Of a DNA stretch of 64,000 nt, positions 44,681-54,305 are shown piece by piece. A program made the translations under genes and the position numbers. A model generated the notes under the pieces. That model worked only from the letters and a program-made list of their open reading frames with translations. It made no database searches and was not told where the DNA came from. Origin of the DNA: Clostridiales bacterium (GTDB taxonomy: Bacteria > Bacillota > Clostridia > Christensenellales > Aristaeellaceae); NCBI GenBank assembly GCA_022787165.1, contig JALFVL010000004.1:192425-256424 (forward strand), read 5' to 3'. Numbering within the stretch: position 1 is the first letter of the stretch; every line of letters starts with the position of its first letter.

Positions 44681-44716
44681 GCAGCGCAGATCCGCAGATC
44701 TGCGCTGCTTTTTTTC
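44681..44716 (+). terminator. Intrinsic terminator after the DUF3048 gene
   Basis: GCAGCGCAGATC-CGCA-GATCTGCGCTGC followed by TTTTTTTC. Confidence 0.85.
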
Positions 44717-44734
44717 TTTTAGCCTGCATCCCAA

Positions 44735-44777
44735 GCAAAAGGCGGCTGTCAGGCCTTTTGAAGCGCCTGACAGCCGC
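44735..44777 (-). terminator. Intrinsic terminator after prs
   Basis: Minus strand GCGGCTGTCAGGC-loop-GCCTGACAGCCGCC followed by TTTTGC. Confidence 0.75.
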
Positions 44778-44813
44778 TTGATTTGTCTTTTCTCTTTTCG
44801 ATGCTCTTCTGTC

Positions 44814-46007
44814 TTATGGATGCTCCGCGCGATACTTTGTCAGCAGCCGCTCGATCCGCTTCCACGGGTCAAGCAGATAGCTCAGCGACTGGTCGTGGTT
44901 GAGCGTCGCGATGACAAACGCCATGTATTTGCTCATGTCCGCCTGGGAGAACCACGGAGATTTGAGCACATCCTCCGGCGTATAGGTGAGGTTCGTCGCG
45001 AAGACGTGGTCGATCACGCCCTCCGCATAGGCCTTGTTGAACGCCTCCAGGCCGCTGGTGAAGAACGCGAAGGTCGCGCCGGCGAAGACGCGCTTGGCCT
45101 TGCGCTTCTTGAGGTTGTACGCTAGGTCGAGGATCGAATCGCCGGAAGCGATGATGTCGTCCGCAACGAAAACATCCTTGCCTTCCACGCTGTCGCCCAT
45201 GTATTCATGCGCGACAATCGGATTGCGGCCATTGACCACGCGTGTGTAGTCGCGCCGCTTATAGAACATGCCCAGGTCGACGCCCATCGCCGAGCTGTAG
45301 TAGATGTTGCGGCCGATCGCGCCCTCGTCCGGAGAGATCACCATCATGTGATCCTTGTCGATCTTGAGGTCGTCGTAGGTGTGGCACATCGCCTTGAGCA
45401 TCTGGTAGGTCGGCATGATGCTCTCAAAGCCGCTGAGCGGAATTGCGTTCTGCACCCGCGGGTCGTGCGCGTCAAACGTAATGATGTTGGAAACGCCCAT
45501 GCCCACCAGCTCCTGGAGCATGACGGCGCAGTCCATCGACTCACGCGCCGTGCGGCGATGCTGCCTGCCCTCATAGAGCATCGGCATGATGACGTTGATG
45601 CGGTACGCCTTGCCGCTGACCGCCGCGATAATGCGCTTGAGATCGGCATAGTGCTCGTCCGGCGTCATCGGGATCTCTTTGCCATAGAGCTTGTAGGTGC
45701 ACTGGTACGCGCCGACATCGCAGATGATGTACAGATCGTAGCCGCGAACGGAATTGAGCAGCATGCCCTTTCCCTCTCCCGTGCCAAAGCGCGGGCAATG
45801 CGCCTCGAGCAGGAAACCGCTGGCCTCCGCGCCATAGAAGCTGTGCAGCCTCTCATCGGTCGTGCCCGAGTCACTCTGCCATTTCATCAGGTAGTCGTTG
45901 ACGCGCTTGCCCATTTCCTCACAGCCGCGCATGGCGATCACGCCAAGCGGAGCTACAGGGCGCATCGGGAACTTCTGAGACGATTCGCAATGATTGATCT
46001 CTGCCAT
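44814..46007 (-). CDS. prs: Ribose-phosphate pyrophosphokinase family protein (long form)
   Basis: 397 aa. YEGRQHRR, ITFDAHDPRVQN and the PRPP-binding loop VFVADDIIASGDS. Confidence 0.88.
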   Translation of the reverse strand: MAEINHCESSQKFPMRPVAPLGVIAMRGCEEMGKRVNDYLMKWQSDSGTTDERLHSFYGAEASGFLLEAHCPRFGTGEGKGMLLNSVRGYDLYIICDVGAYQCTYKLYGKEIPMTPDEHYADLKRIIAAVSGKAYRINVIMPMLYEGRQHRRTARESMDCAVMLQELVGMGVSNIITFDAHDPRVQNAIPLSGFESIMPTYQMLKAMCHTYDDLKIDKDHMMVISPDEGAIGRNIYYSSAMGVDLGMFYKRRDYTRVVNGRNPIVAHEYMGDSVEGKDVFVADDIIASGDSILDLAYNLKKRKAKRVFAGATFAFFTSGLEAFNKAYAEGVIDHVFATNLTYTPEDVLKSPWFSQADMSKYMAFVIATLNHDQSLSYLLDPWKRIERLLTKYRAEHP

Positions 46008-46208
46008 GATGATTCCCTTTCTTCAGTGTTCGATCAAAACCCCAGCACAGTGGAAACTCACTCAGTTATTATATCACATCTTTGCGATTTCATTGGCCTT
46101 TTTTCATATTTGCCATGAAATTTCGTCTGCTTGCGACATTTTTACCTCCGCTTTACGTCAACCGTTCACCATCGCCCGCCTCCTTCCCTGCGCGTCTGCC
46201 CCCGGCTC

Positions 46209-46237
46209 TTGACCCGCGGCCCGGCGGTTGATATAAT
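46209..46237 (+). promoter_or_regulatory. sigma-A-type promoter of murG
   Basis: TTGACC, 17 nt spacer, TATAAT. Confidence 0.6.
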
Positions 46238-46274
46238 GGAGACAACCGTTCGATTCATGGAGGAGGTCTTTTCT

Positions 46275-47336
46275 GTGAAGCGCATTGTCCTGACCGGCGG
46301 CGGCACTGCCGGCCACGTTTCCCCCAACCAGGCGCTCATCCCCCTGCTCAGGGAAGAAGGATGGGAAATCCACTACATCGGCACAAAAAACGGCATCGAG
46401 CGCTCGCTGATTGAGCCGATGGACGGCGTCAGCTATCACGCCGTCAGCTCCGGCAAGCTGCGCCGTTACTTCGATCTCAAGAATTTTACGGATCCTTTCC
46501 GCGTCATCGCCGGTGCGTTCCAAAGCGTGGCGCTGATCCGGAAGCTGAAGCCCTCTGTCGTCTTTTCCAAGGGCGGCTTTGTCAGCGTGCCCGTCGTTTT
46601 CGGCGCAGCGCTGTGCCGCGTACCCGTCGTCATGCACGAGAGCGACATCACGCCTGGCCTGGCCAACAAGCTCTGCAAGCCCTTCGCCAAATCGATCTGC
46701 ACGACGTTTCCCGAATGCGCGAAGCTGCTGGGCAGCAAGGCCGTGCAGACCGGCACGCCGCTTCGCGACATGGTTTTCTCCGGCTCCCGTGAGCGCGGCC
46801 TCGCGCTGGCCGGTTTTGACGGACAAAAGCCCGTGCTGATGATGATTGGCGGTTCCCTGGGCGCGCAGTCGGTCAACGCCGTGCTGCGGGAGGCGCTGCC
46901 CGAGTTGACCAGACGCTTTGATGTGCTCCATGTCTGCGGCAGGGGCAATCTCGCGCCCGAGCTTGAGGGCATGGCCGGATACCGCCAGTTTGAATACCTC
47001 TCCGCCGAGCTGCCGGATGCTTTCGCCTGCGCGGATATCATGCTCTCTCGTGCGGGCTCGAACTCGCTTTCCGAGATCATGGCGCTGCGCAAGCCTGCGC
47101 TGCTCATCCCCTATCACAGCGGGCGCGGCGATCAGGTGCTCAACGCCAATTCGCTCAAGGCGCGCGGCCTCGCACATGTGATGCTTCAGAGCGATCTGAA
47201 CGCGGGTTCGCTGATCACGGCCATCGACGCGCTCTGGGAGGATCGCGAGCTGCTGACCCAGCGTCTCGCCGCGCTGCCCGACGCCAACGGCACGCAGGCC
47301 GTGCTCGGGCAGATTCTTCGCTACGCGAAGCGCTGA
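46275..47336 (+). CDS. murG: UDP-GlcNAc:lipid I N-acetylglucosaminyltransferase MurG
   Basis: Start set to GTG 46275 (GGAGGAGG 8 nt upstream). IVLTGGGTAGHVSPNQAL, GGSLGAQSVN, SRAGSNSLSEI. Confidence 0.93.
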   Translation: MKRIVLTGGGTAGHVSPNQALIPLLREEGWEIHYIGTKNGIERSLIEPMDGVSYHAVSSGKLRRYFDLKNFTDPFRVIAGAFQSVALIRKLKPSVVFSKGGFVSVPVVFGAALCRVPVVMHESDITPGLANKLCKPFAKSICTTFPECAKLLGSKAVQTGTPLRDMVFSGSRERGLALAGFDGQKPVLMMIGGSLGAQSVNAVLREALPELTRRFDVLHVCGRGNLAPELEGMAGYRQFEYLSAELPDAFACADIMLSRAGSNSLSEIMALRKPALLIPYHSGRGDQVLNANSLKARGLAHVMLQSDLNAGSLITAIDALWEDRELLTQRLAALPDANGTQAVLGQILRYAKR

Positions 47337-47370
47337 GCAGGCAAGGCCCTTGCGCTCACCTTTCCATATA

Positions 47371-47404
47371 AAAAGTCAGGCTGCCCTTGGGCGGTCTGAC
47401 TTTT
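47371..47404. terminator. Probable bidirectional terminator between murG and the GNAT gene
   Basis: AAAAGTCAGGCTGCC-CTTG-GGCGGTCTGACTTTT. The stem is imperfect. Confidence 0.5.
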
Positions 47405-47447
47405 CCATGAATCAGGATATGTCCTGACATTTTCATTCAGCCTTCCG

Positions 47448-48017
47448 TCACGCCCGGATGAGACGGACATTACGCGCATACTCCTGCGGATTCAGCATCT
47501 GCCTGTACAGTCCCAGCATCTGCCCCGCCCAGTCCCCGCGGGGCATCTCCTCCCCGCAGGGCAGTACGAGAATGCTGTATTCCACCTCGAATAGCCAGAG
47601 CCGCACAGGCGTCAGCTGTGCGCCCGCCTGCGTATAAAACCGGATGCGCTTGCGCGCCGCAGCCTCGTCAGGCGCCGCCTTGGGCCGCTCGCATTCGATC
47701 ATCACCGCGTCCGCGCTCGCCCTGTAATGCTCAAGCAGCAGATGCAGCAGCGCCGTCCCCTTTCCCCGGCCGCGGACAGACGGCTCCACGGCAAAGTAGT
47801 CAAGCAAATGAATTCGCCCCTGCGCCGGACGGTAGACGAGCGCATACCCCACCATCACGCCATCCTCAAACGCGCCAAGCACATCGTATTCGCCCCGTTC
47901 ACGCATCACGAGGATGGAGGAAAGCGATTTGAGTTCGCTGGGCGGAAAGTCACGGCGCATCTGGTGTGCGTAGAGCAGTCGTGTCTGCGCGTCGCCCAGC
48001 GTCCGCAGCGTCAGCAT
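47448..48017 (-). CDS. GNAT-family N-acetyltransferase
   Basis: VRGRGKGTALLHLLLEHY acetyl-CoA motif. 189 aa. 7-nt overlap with the upstream MATE gene. Confidence 0.85.
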   Translation of the reverse strand: MLTLRTLGDAQTRLLYAHQMRRDFPPSELKSLSSILVMRERGEYDVLGAFEDGVMVGYALVYRPAQGRIHLLDYFAVEPSVRGRGKGTALLHLLLEHYRASADAVMIECERPKAAPDEAAARKRIRFYTQAGAQLTPVRLWLFEVEYSILVLPCGEEMPRGDWAGQMLGLYRQMLNPQEYARNVRLIRA

Positions 48018-49444
48018 GCGGCCCCCTCCTGCTCATGGGCGGCGACGATATTGCGAACCCAGACGCCTTTTTTCACGAGGATAAAACCGATGACCGCCTT
48101 GATCATCTCCAGCGACTGCACGATCAGGTACAACGGGACGATCGGCATCCTTGTCATATACGCGAGGGCACAGGCCGTCGTCACGCTGACGCCCCAGGTA
48201 AACACGCTGTCAAACATGAACGTGATGAGCGTCCTCCCGCCGGAGCGAAGCGTGAAATAGCAGCAATGCGAGAAGGAATATACCGGCATCATCCCCGCGA
48301 CGACGTAGAGCATCTGCGTCGCGATCTCGCGCACATGCGGCTCCGTGTTGTAGATGTGCGGGATGGACGGGGCGAGCAGGAACAGCAGCCCGCTCATCAC
48401 AACGTTAGACGCCACAGCCGCCGCCATCAGCCGCCAGGCCGTTGTCTTCGCGCGCTCCACCTCATTGGCGCCCAGCGCCTGGCCGACCATGATCGCCACG
48501 GCGTTGCCCATGGAGAGGAAGACCACCTTGAACAGGTTACTGACCGTGGAGGCGATGTTGCAGGCCGCCACGACATCCAGCCCGCGCACGGAATAGCACT
48601 GCAGCAGCACGGCCATGCCAGAGGACCAGAAGAATTCGTTGATCAGCAGCGGCATGCCCCTGCGCAGGATATCCCGCACCAGCGGGGCCGGGACGCGAAG
48701 CGATCTGTACGCGCCGTGGATGAACGGAAAGCTGCTCTTTCTTGCATGGGTGTAGACCATAATGATCGCCACCTCGACGTAGCGGGAGAGCACCGTCGCA
48801 ATCGCCGCGCCGGTTACGCCCAGCTTCGGGAAGCCCATCTTGCCGAAGATCAGCAGATAGTTGAACACGAGATTGACCAAAATCGCGATGACGCTCGCCA
48901 GCATGGGCAGTCTGGTTTCGCCGACCTCGCGCAGCGTGCTCGCATAGACCTGCGCGACGGCGAAGGGCAAAAGCCCTGCCAGCATGACAAACAGGTAATC
49001 CCGGCCATAGCTTAGCGTCGCCGCCAGATCCGCCGCGCTCGTCCCCTCCGCCAGATATATCGAGATGAGCCTGTCCGGAAACGCGAGCAGCACGCCCAGC
49101 GCGACGGCAAGCATGCCCAAGGCGAGCATCCATTTGATGCGGAAGCAATGGCGCACACCCTCGTGATCCTTTGCCCCAGCGTACTGCGTCGCAAAGATCC
49201 CCGCCCCGGCCAGACCGCCGAAAATGCAGAGATTGAAGATGAACAGCAGCTGATTGACGATCGCGACCGCAGACATCTGCAGCGTGCCCACGCGGCCAAC
49301 CATCACGTTGTCCAGCAGACTGACAACGTTGGATACCGTATTCTGAATGATAATCGGCACGACAATGCCGATCATTTCCCCATAAAACGCGCGGTTTCCG
49401 ATGAGATTATCGCGAAGCTCTCCGCGCGAACGCTCTGGCGCCAT
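48011..49444 (-). CDS. MATE-family efflux transporter
   Basis: 477 aa, 12 TM. VVPIIIQNTVSNVVSLLDNVMVGRVG N-terminal MATE pattern. Confidence 0.9.
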   Translation of the reverse strand: MAPERSRGELRDNLIGNRAFYGEMIGIVVPIIIQNTVSNVVSLLDNVMVGRVGTLQMSAVAIVNQLLFIFNLCIFGGLAGAGIFATQYAGAKDHEGVRHCFRIKWMLALGMLAVALGVLLAFPDRLISIYLAEGTSAADLAATLSYGRDYLFVMLAGLLPFAVAQVYASTLREVGETRLPMLASVIAILVNLVFNYLLIFGKMGFPKLGVTGAAIATVLSRYVEVAIIMVYTHARKSSFPFIHGAYRSLRVPAPLVRDILRRGMPLLINEFFWSSGMAVLLQCYSVRGLDVVAACNIASTVSNLFKVVFLSMGNAVAIMVGQALGANEVERAKTTAWRLMAAAVASNVVMSGLLFLLAPSIPHIYNTEPHVREIATQMLYVVAGMMPVYSFSHCCYFTLRSGGRTLITFMFDSVFTWGVSVTTACALAYMTRMPIVPLYLIVQSLEMIKAVIGFILVKKGVWVRNIVAAHEQEGAAC

Positions 49445-49593
49445 GACTTTTTTCCTCCGTTTTTGGGGCAGGCAGCCGGCCCGTCCCCCGATTGATGCGT
49501 AAGAATTACTATATCACAAGAAAAAAGGTTTGTAAACCGCATTTCTTGTGTGATATACTGCTTCTGACATCATCTTTCGGGGAGGTTTTTGCC

Positions 49594-49962
49594 TTGACTC
49601 TTTCCATGATCCACGAGAACTACAACGTCCGCGATCTGAACGCCTCCATCGCCTTCTACGGCAAGGCGCTCGGTCTTCGCGAGGTGCGCCGCAAAAACGC
49701 CGCGGACGGCTCCTTCATCATCGTCTACCTCGCTGGCGAGGGATCTGATTTTGAGCTGGAGCTGACCTGGCTGCGCGACCATCCGCAGCCCTACGACCTT
49801 GGCGAATGCGAGTTTCACCTGGCATTCCGCGCCGATGACTTCGATGCCGCGCATGCGCTGCACAAGGAGATGGGCTGCATCTGCTACGAGAACCCGGCCA
49901 TGGGCATCTATTTCATCACGGATCCCGACGGCTACTGGCTGGAAATTATTCCCAGGCGCTGA
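49594..49962 (+). CDS. VOC-family protein (glyoxalase I-like)
   Basis: HENYNVRDLNASIAFYGKALGL...ELELTW...FHLAF...DPDGYWLEII. TTG 49594 (GGGGAGG 8 nt upstream) is preferred; ATG 49606 is the alternative. Confidence 0.85.
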   Translation: MTLSMIHENYNVRDLNASIAFYGKALGLREVRRKNAADGSFIIVYLAGEGSDFELELTWLRDHPQPYDLGECEFHLAFRADDFDAAHALHKEMGCICYENPAMGIYFITDPDGYWLEIIPRR

Positions 49963-50120
49963 ACACCTTCCTTTTACTCTGTACGTTCATCTGCAAGGCT
50001 CCGGTCTCGGGCACAAAGCAACTGGACAACCATCACTTTGGAGGGAATGCCACCGGCATCATGCCGGTTTATAGCCAGGCATCCCGCTTTCGCGCCGCGC
50101 AGCCCCGCTTCGCGGCACAG

Positions 50121-50156
50121 ACGGACGCGGCATTTCGCCCGCGTCCGTTTTTTCTC
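50121..50156 (+). terminator. Strong intrinsic terminator ~160 nt downstream of the VOC stop
   Basis: ACGGACGCGG-CATTTCGC-CCGCGTCCGT followed by TTTTTTC. Confidence 0.8.
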
Positions 50157-50250
50157 TCTTTTCGCCTGTGTTTTTCGGCAAAACACCGAACGTTTCTCTC
50201 TTATGTGCGGATTTTATTCGAAAAAATGTTCGAAAAATGGGTTTTTGGGG

Positions 50251-50279
50251 TTTACATTGCGTCCCAGTTGCGGTAGAAT
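50251..50279 (+). promoter_or_regulatory. sigma-A-type promoter of the BMP ABC transporter operon
   Basis: TTTACA, 17 nt spacer, TAGAAT. Direct repeats TTCGAAAAAATG/TTCGAAAAATGG lie just upstream (50217-50240). Confidence 0.6.
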
Positions 50280-50332
50280 ATCCGCGTCTTCTTTTTATCT
50301 GTGTAAAGGTTACATCAAGGAGGAAGAAAACC

Positions 50333-51571
50333 ATGAAGAAGCTGATTGCTCTGATGCTGGCCGCCGTGCTCATGCTCGCCGCCTGTGTCGCGCTGGCGGA
50401 TGACCTGAAGGTCGGCGTCATCCTCGTCGGCGACGAGACCGAGGGCTACACCCTCGCCCACATGAACGGCATCAAGGCCGCCGCCGAGGCGCTTGGCCTG
50501 ACCGACAGCCAGATCGTTTGGAAGTACAAGGTGCCCGAGGATCAGAGCTGCTACGACAGCGCGATGGACCTCGTTGGCCAGGGCTGCAACCTGATCATCT
50601 CCAACTCCTACGGCCATCAGACCTACATGGCGCTGGCTGCCGAGGAGGTGCCGGATGTCACCTTCGTCGCGATGACCGGCGACTTCGCCGCCATCTCCGG
50701 CCTTGACAACTTCAAGAACGCATTCACCAAGGTGTATGAGTCCCGCTACGTCTCCGGCGTCGTCGCCGGCATGAAGGTCGCCGAGCTCCTGGAGAGCGGC
50801 GAGCTCGCCCCGGAGAAGCAGCCCAACTCCTTCGATGCGGACGGCAACGTGAAGATCGGCTACGTCGGCGCCTTCAACTATGCTGAGGTCGTCTCCGGCT
50901 ACACCGCCTTCTTCCTGGGCATCCGCTCCGTCGTTCCGAACGTCGCGATGGAGGTTATGTACACCAACTCCTGGTTCGATATCGACAAGGAAGCCGCTGC
51001 CGCTGAGGCGCTCGTCGCCAAGGGCTGCGTCATCATCGGCCAGCACGCCGACTCCACCGGCGCTCCGGCTGCCGTGCAGAAGCTGCTCGACGCCGGCACC
51101 CTGTGCTACTCCGTCGGCTACAACATCGACATGCTCCCGACTGCCCCGACCGCCGCGCTGACCTCCCCGACCAACGAGTGGAGCGTCTTCTACACCGAGC
51201 TGTTCACCGCCAAGCAGAACGGCGAGGAGATCGCGGCTGACTGGGCGAAGGGCTATGAGGTCGGCGCCGTGGCCATCACCGATCTGGGCCCGTCCTGCGC
51301 GGCCGGCACCGCCGAGAAGGTCGCTGAGGTCGAGCAGGCCATCCACGACGGCTCCCTGAAGGTCTTTGACACCGCCACCTTCACCGTTGGCGGCGAGACT
51401 GTCACCTCCGCCCCCTGCGATATGTCCTTCATGGATTGGTCCACGATGACCGCCATCTACGAGGGCGAGACCGTTGAGGCGATCGTCGACGGCGCGTTCG
51501 AGGAGTCCGCCTTCCGCAGCGCTCCGTACTTCCAGCTCCGCATCGACGGCATCATCGAGGACGCGCAGTAA
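50333..51571 (+). CDS. BMP-family (PnrA/Med-like) ABC transporter substrate-binding lipoprotein, probable nucleoside binding
   Basis: ORF trimmed to ATG 50333 (AAGGAGGAAG RBS). Lipobox-like LMLAACVA. KVGVILVGDETEGYTLAH...GYVGAFNYAEV pattern. Confidence 0.88.
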   Translation: MKKLIALMLAAVLMLAACVALADDLKVGVILVGDETEGYTLAHMNGIKAAAEALGLTDSQIVWKYKVPEDQSCYDSAMDLVGQGCNLIISNSYGHQTYMALAAEEVPDVTFVAMTGDFAAISGLDNFKNAFTKVYESRYVSGVVAGMKVAELLESGELAPEKQPNSFDADGNVKIGYVGAFNYAEVVSGYTAFFLGIRSVVPNVAMEVMYTNSWFDIDKEAAAAEALVAKGCVIIGQHADSTGAPAAVQKLLDAGTLCYSVGYNIDMLPTAPTAALTSPTNEWSVFYTELFTAKQNGEEIAADWAKGYEVGAVAITDLGPSCAAGTAEKVAEVEQAIHDGSLKVFDTATFTVGGETVTSAPCDMSFMDWSTMTAIYEGETVEAIVDGAFEESAFRSAPYFQLRIDGIIEDAQ

Positions 51572-51660
51572 TCAGCGTTCCATTCGCAGAAAAGGGAAGC
51601 TCTCCATTGGCTTCCCTTTTCGCTATTTGACTGAAAAAGCAAGGAGTGAGCCGCCCGGAT

Positions 51661-53202
51661 ATGGAACACGCCATTGAACTGCGCCACATCACCAAGACCT
51701 TTGGCCGCGTGACGGCCAATCACGACGTCAGCCTGAGCGTCCGCCAGGGAGAGATCCTCTCCCTGCTGGGCGAAAACGGCAGCGGCAAGACCACGCTGAT
51801 GAACATGATCGCGGGCATCTACTACCCCGACAGCGGCGAGATCCTCGTCGGCGGCAAGCCGGTCGAGATCCGCAGCCCGAAGGATGCCTACGCCCTGGGC
51901 ATCGGCATGGTCCACCAGCATTTCAAGCTCATCGACGTCTTCACGGCGGTCGAAAACATTGCTCTGGTCATGGACAGGCACGACAAGTACGACCTCAAGG
52001 CCATCCGCGCCAAAGCCAGGGCCATCTGTGACCGCTATGCCTTTGACATCGACCTCGACCAGAAGGTCTATGAGATGAGCGTCAGCCAGAAGCAGACACT
52101 GGAAATCATCAAAATGCTGTTTCGCGGCGCGCAGATTCTGATTCTGGACGAGCCGACCGCCGTGCTGACGCCGCAGGAGACGGAGCGTCTCTTCTGCGTC
52201 ATGCGCAACATGAAGGCGGACGGAAAATCCATCATCATCATCACGCACAAGCTGCATGAGGTGCTCGAAATCTCCGACCGCGTGGCCATCCTGCGCAAGG
52301 GCGAGTATGTCGACACCATTGAAACCGCCGGCGCGAGTGAATCCACGCTGACCGAGCTGATGGTCGGCAAGAAGGTTGAGCTCAACATCGAGCGCCCGGA
52401 GCCCACGAACCGGCATCTCCGCCTGAGCGTCCACAACCTCAGCGTGACCAACGCGGAGGGCGTGAAGGTGCTTGATCAGGTCTCCTTCGAGGCCTTCAGC
52501 GGCGAAATTCTCGGCATCGCAGGCATCTCCGGCAACGGCCAGAAGGAACTGCTTGAGGCCATCGCGGGCCTGCAGACAACCGATCCCGAATCAAGCGTCC
52601 TCTACTACCCGGATGATGACCGCGACTCGACCGCGGAGCAGCTCATCGGCAAGACGCCCAAGGATATCCGCGGCATGGGCGTACATCTCTCCTTCGTTCC
52701 CGAGGATCGTCTGGGCATGGGCCTGGTCGGCTCGATGGGCATGGTGGACAACATGATGCTCAAGAGCTACGGTAAGGGCCATTCCTTCCTTGCCGACCGT
52801 CGCGAACCGCGCCATCTCGCCGAGGAGATCAAGGATGAGCTCGATGTTGTCACGCCCTCCGTCACAACGCCCGTCTCCCGCCTCTCCGGCGGCAACGTGC
52901 AGAAGGTGCTCGTCGGCCGCGAGATCGCGGCAGGTCCCTCCGTGCTGATGACCGCTTATGCCGTTCGCGGCCTGGACATCAACACGAGCTACACCATCTA
53001 TCATCTGCTCAACGAGCAAAAGAAGAAGGGCGTCGCCATCCTCTACGTCGGCGAGGATCTCGACGTGCTCATCGACCTGTGCGACCGCATCCTCGTGCTC
53101 TGCGGCGGCAGGAACAACGGCATCGTCGAAGGCCGCAAGACCAACAAGGAAGAGGTCGGTCTGCTGATGACCCGGCTTCAGGAGAAGGGAGACATCGCCT
53201 GA
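51661..53202 (+). CDS. ABC transporter ATP-binding protein with duplicated cassette (RbsA/NupO-like)
   Basis: GENGSGKTT/MSVSQKQ/LILDEPT, then a second degenerate cassette LSGGNVQK. ATG 51661 is preferred; GTG 51646 is possible. Confidence 0.93.
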   Translation: MEHAIELRHITKTFGRVTANHDVSLSVRQGEILSLLGENGSGKTTLMNMIAGIYYPDSGEILVGGKPVEIRSPKDAYALGIGMVHQHFKLIDVFTAVENIALVMDRHDKYDLKAIRAKARAICDRYAFDIDLDQKVYEMSVSQKQTLEIIKMLFRGAQILILDEPTAVLTPQETERLFCVMRNMKADGKSIIIITHKLHEVLEISDRVAILRKGEYVDTIETAGASESTLTELMVGKKVELNIERPEPTNRHLRLSVHNLSVTNAEGVKVLDQVSFEAFSGEILGIAGISGNGQKELLEAIAGLQTTDPESSVLYYPDDDRDSTAEQLIGKTPKDIRGMGVHLSFVPEDRLGMGLVGSMGMVDNMMLKSYGKGHSFLADRREPRHLAEEIKDELDVVTPSVTTPVSRLSGGNVQKVLVGREIAAGPSVLMTAYAVRGLDINTSYTIYHLLNEQKKKGVAILYVGEDLDVLIDLCDRILVLCGGRNNGIVEGRKTNKEEVGLLMTRLQEKGDIA

Positions 53203-54305
53203 TGAGCCAGAACACACACGCTCCGCATGAGCCGCTGATGCGCGTCGTCAAGCGCGGCGAAACCTCCGGCAGGCTCAAAATCGGCGTCCGCCTGCTCGCC
53301 ATCCTGCTTGCGCTGGTGATCGACGCGCTGTTCATCTACTTTGTGACGGGCCTCAACCCCTTTGCCGTCTACGGCGTCATGATCGGCGGCACGTTCTCCA
53401 CGACGATGCGCTTCTCCTGGGCGATGCGCGATCTCGCCTCGCTGCTGCTGATCGGCATTGCCCTCGCCCCCGCCTTCAGGATGCGCTTTTGGAACATCGG
53501 CGCCGAGGGCCAGGTTCTCATGGGCGCGCTGGCAACCGCCGCCGTCATGGTGTATTACGGCGGAAAGGTCCCCAATGGGCTGCTCTTCACGGCCATGCTC
53601 GTCGCCAGCATTCTCGCCGGCGCGCTCTGGGGCTTCATTCCCGCGTGGTTCAAGGCGCACTTTGGCACCAATGAAACGCTCTTCACGCTGATGATGAACT
53701 ACGTCGCCATCCAGATCGTCGCCTGCTGCGTCAACATCTGGCGCGGTCAGGCCTCCGGCCTGGGCAAGCTGAACATGAAAAGCAAGGCCGGCTGGTTCCC
53801 GCAGATCATGGGCCAGCGCTTCACGATCAACCTGATCGTCGTCGCCGTGCTGACCATTCTCGTCTTCTGCTACCTGCGCTATTCCAAGCAGGGCTATGAA
53901 ATCGCCGTTGTCGGCGAAAGCGAGAACACGGCTCGCTACGCCGGCATCAACGTCGGCCGCGTCATCATCCGCACGATGATCCTCTCCGGCGCGCTCTGCG
54001 GCCTGACGGGCTTCCTGATCGTCGGCGGCCGCGACCAGACGATTTCCACCGGCACCGCCGGCGGCAACGGCTTTACCGCAATCATCGTCGCCTGGCTCGC
54101 GAAGTTTAACACGTTCACCATGGCGCTGATCTCCTTCCTGCTGATCTTCCTGGAGAAGGGCGCAGCGGAAATCGCCTCCGCCTACAACCTCAACGACTTC
54201 GCCTCTGACATTATCGCGGGCATCATCCTCTTCTGCATTCTGGGCAGCGAATTCTTCGTCAACTACAAGGTCGTCTTCCGCTCCGGCCATAAGGAGGTGG
54301 GCTGA
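53202..54305 (+). CDS. ABC transporter permease (BMP-system, NupP-like)
   Basis: ORF trimmed to ATG 53202 overlapping the upstream stop (TGATG). Multi-TM, WNIGAEGQ motif. Confidence 0.9.
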   Translation: MSQNTHAPHEPLMRVVKRGETSGRLKIGVRLLAILLALVIDALFIYFVTGLNPFAVYGVMIGGTFSTTMRFSWAMRDLASLLLIGIALAPAFRMRFWNIGAEGQVLMGALATAAVMVYYGGKVPNGLLFTAMLVASILAGALWGFIPAWFKAHFGTNETLFTLMMNYVAIQIVACCVNIWRGQASGLGKLNMKSKAGWFPQIMGQRFTINLIVVAVLTILVFCYLRYSKQGYEIAVVGESENTARYAGINVGRVIIRTMILSGALCGLTGFLIVGGRDQTISTGTAGGNGFTAIIVAWLAKFNTFTMALISFLLIFLEKGAAEIASAYNLNDFASDIIAGIILFCILGSEFFVNYKVVFRSGHKEVG

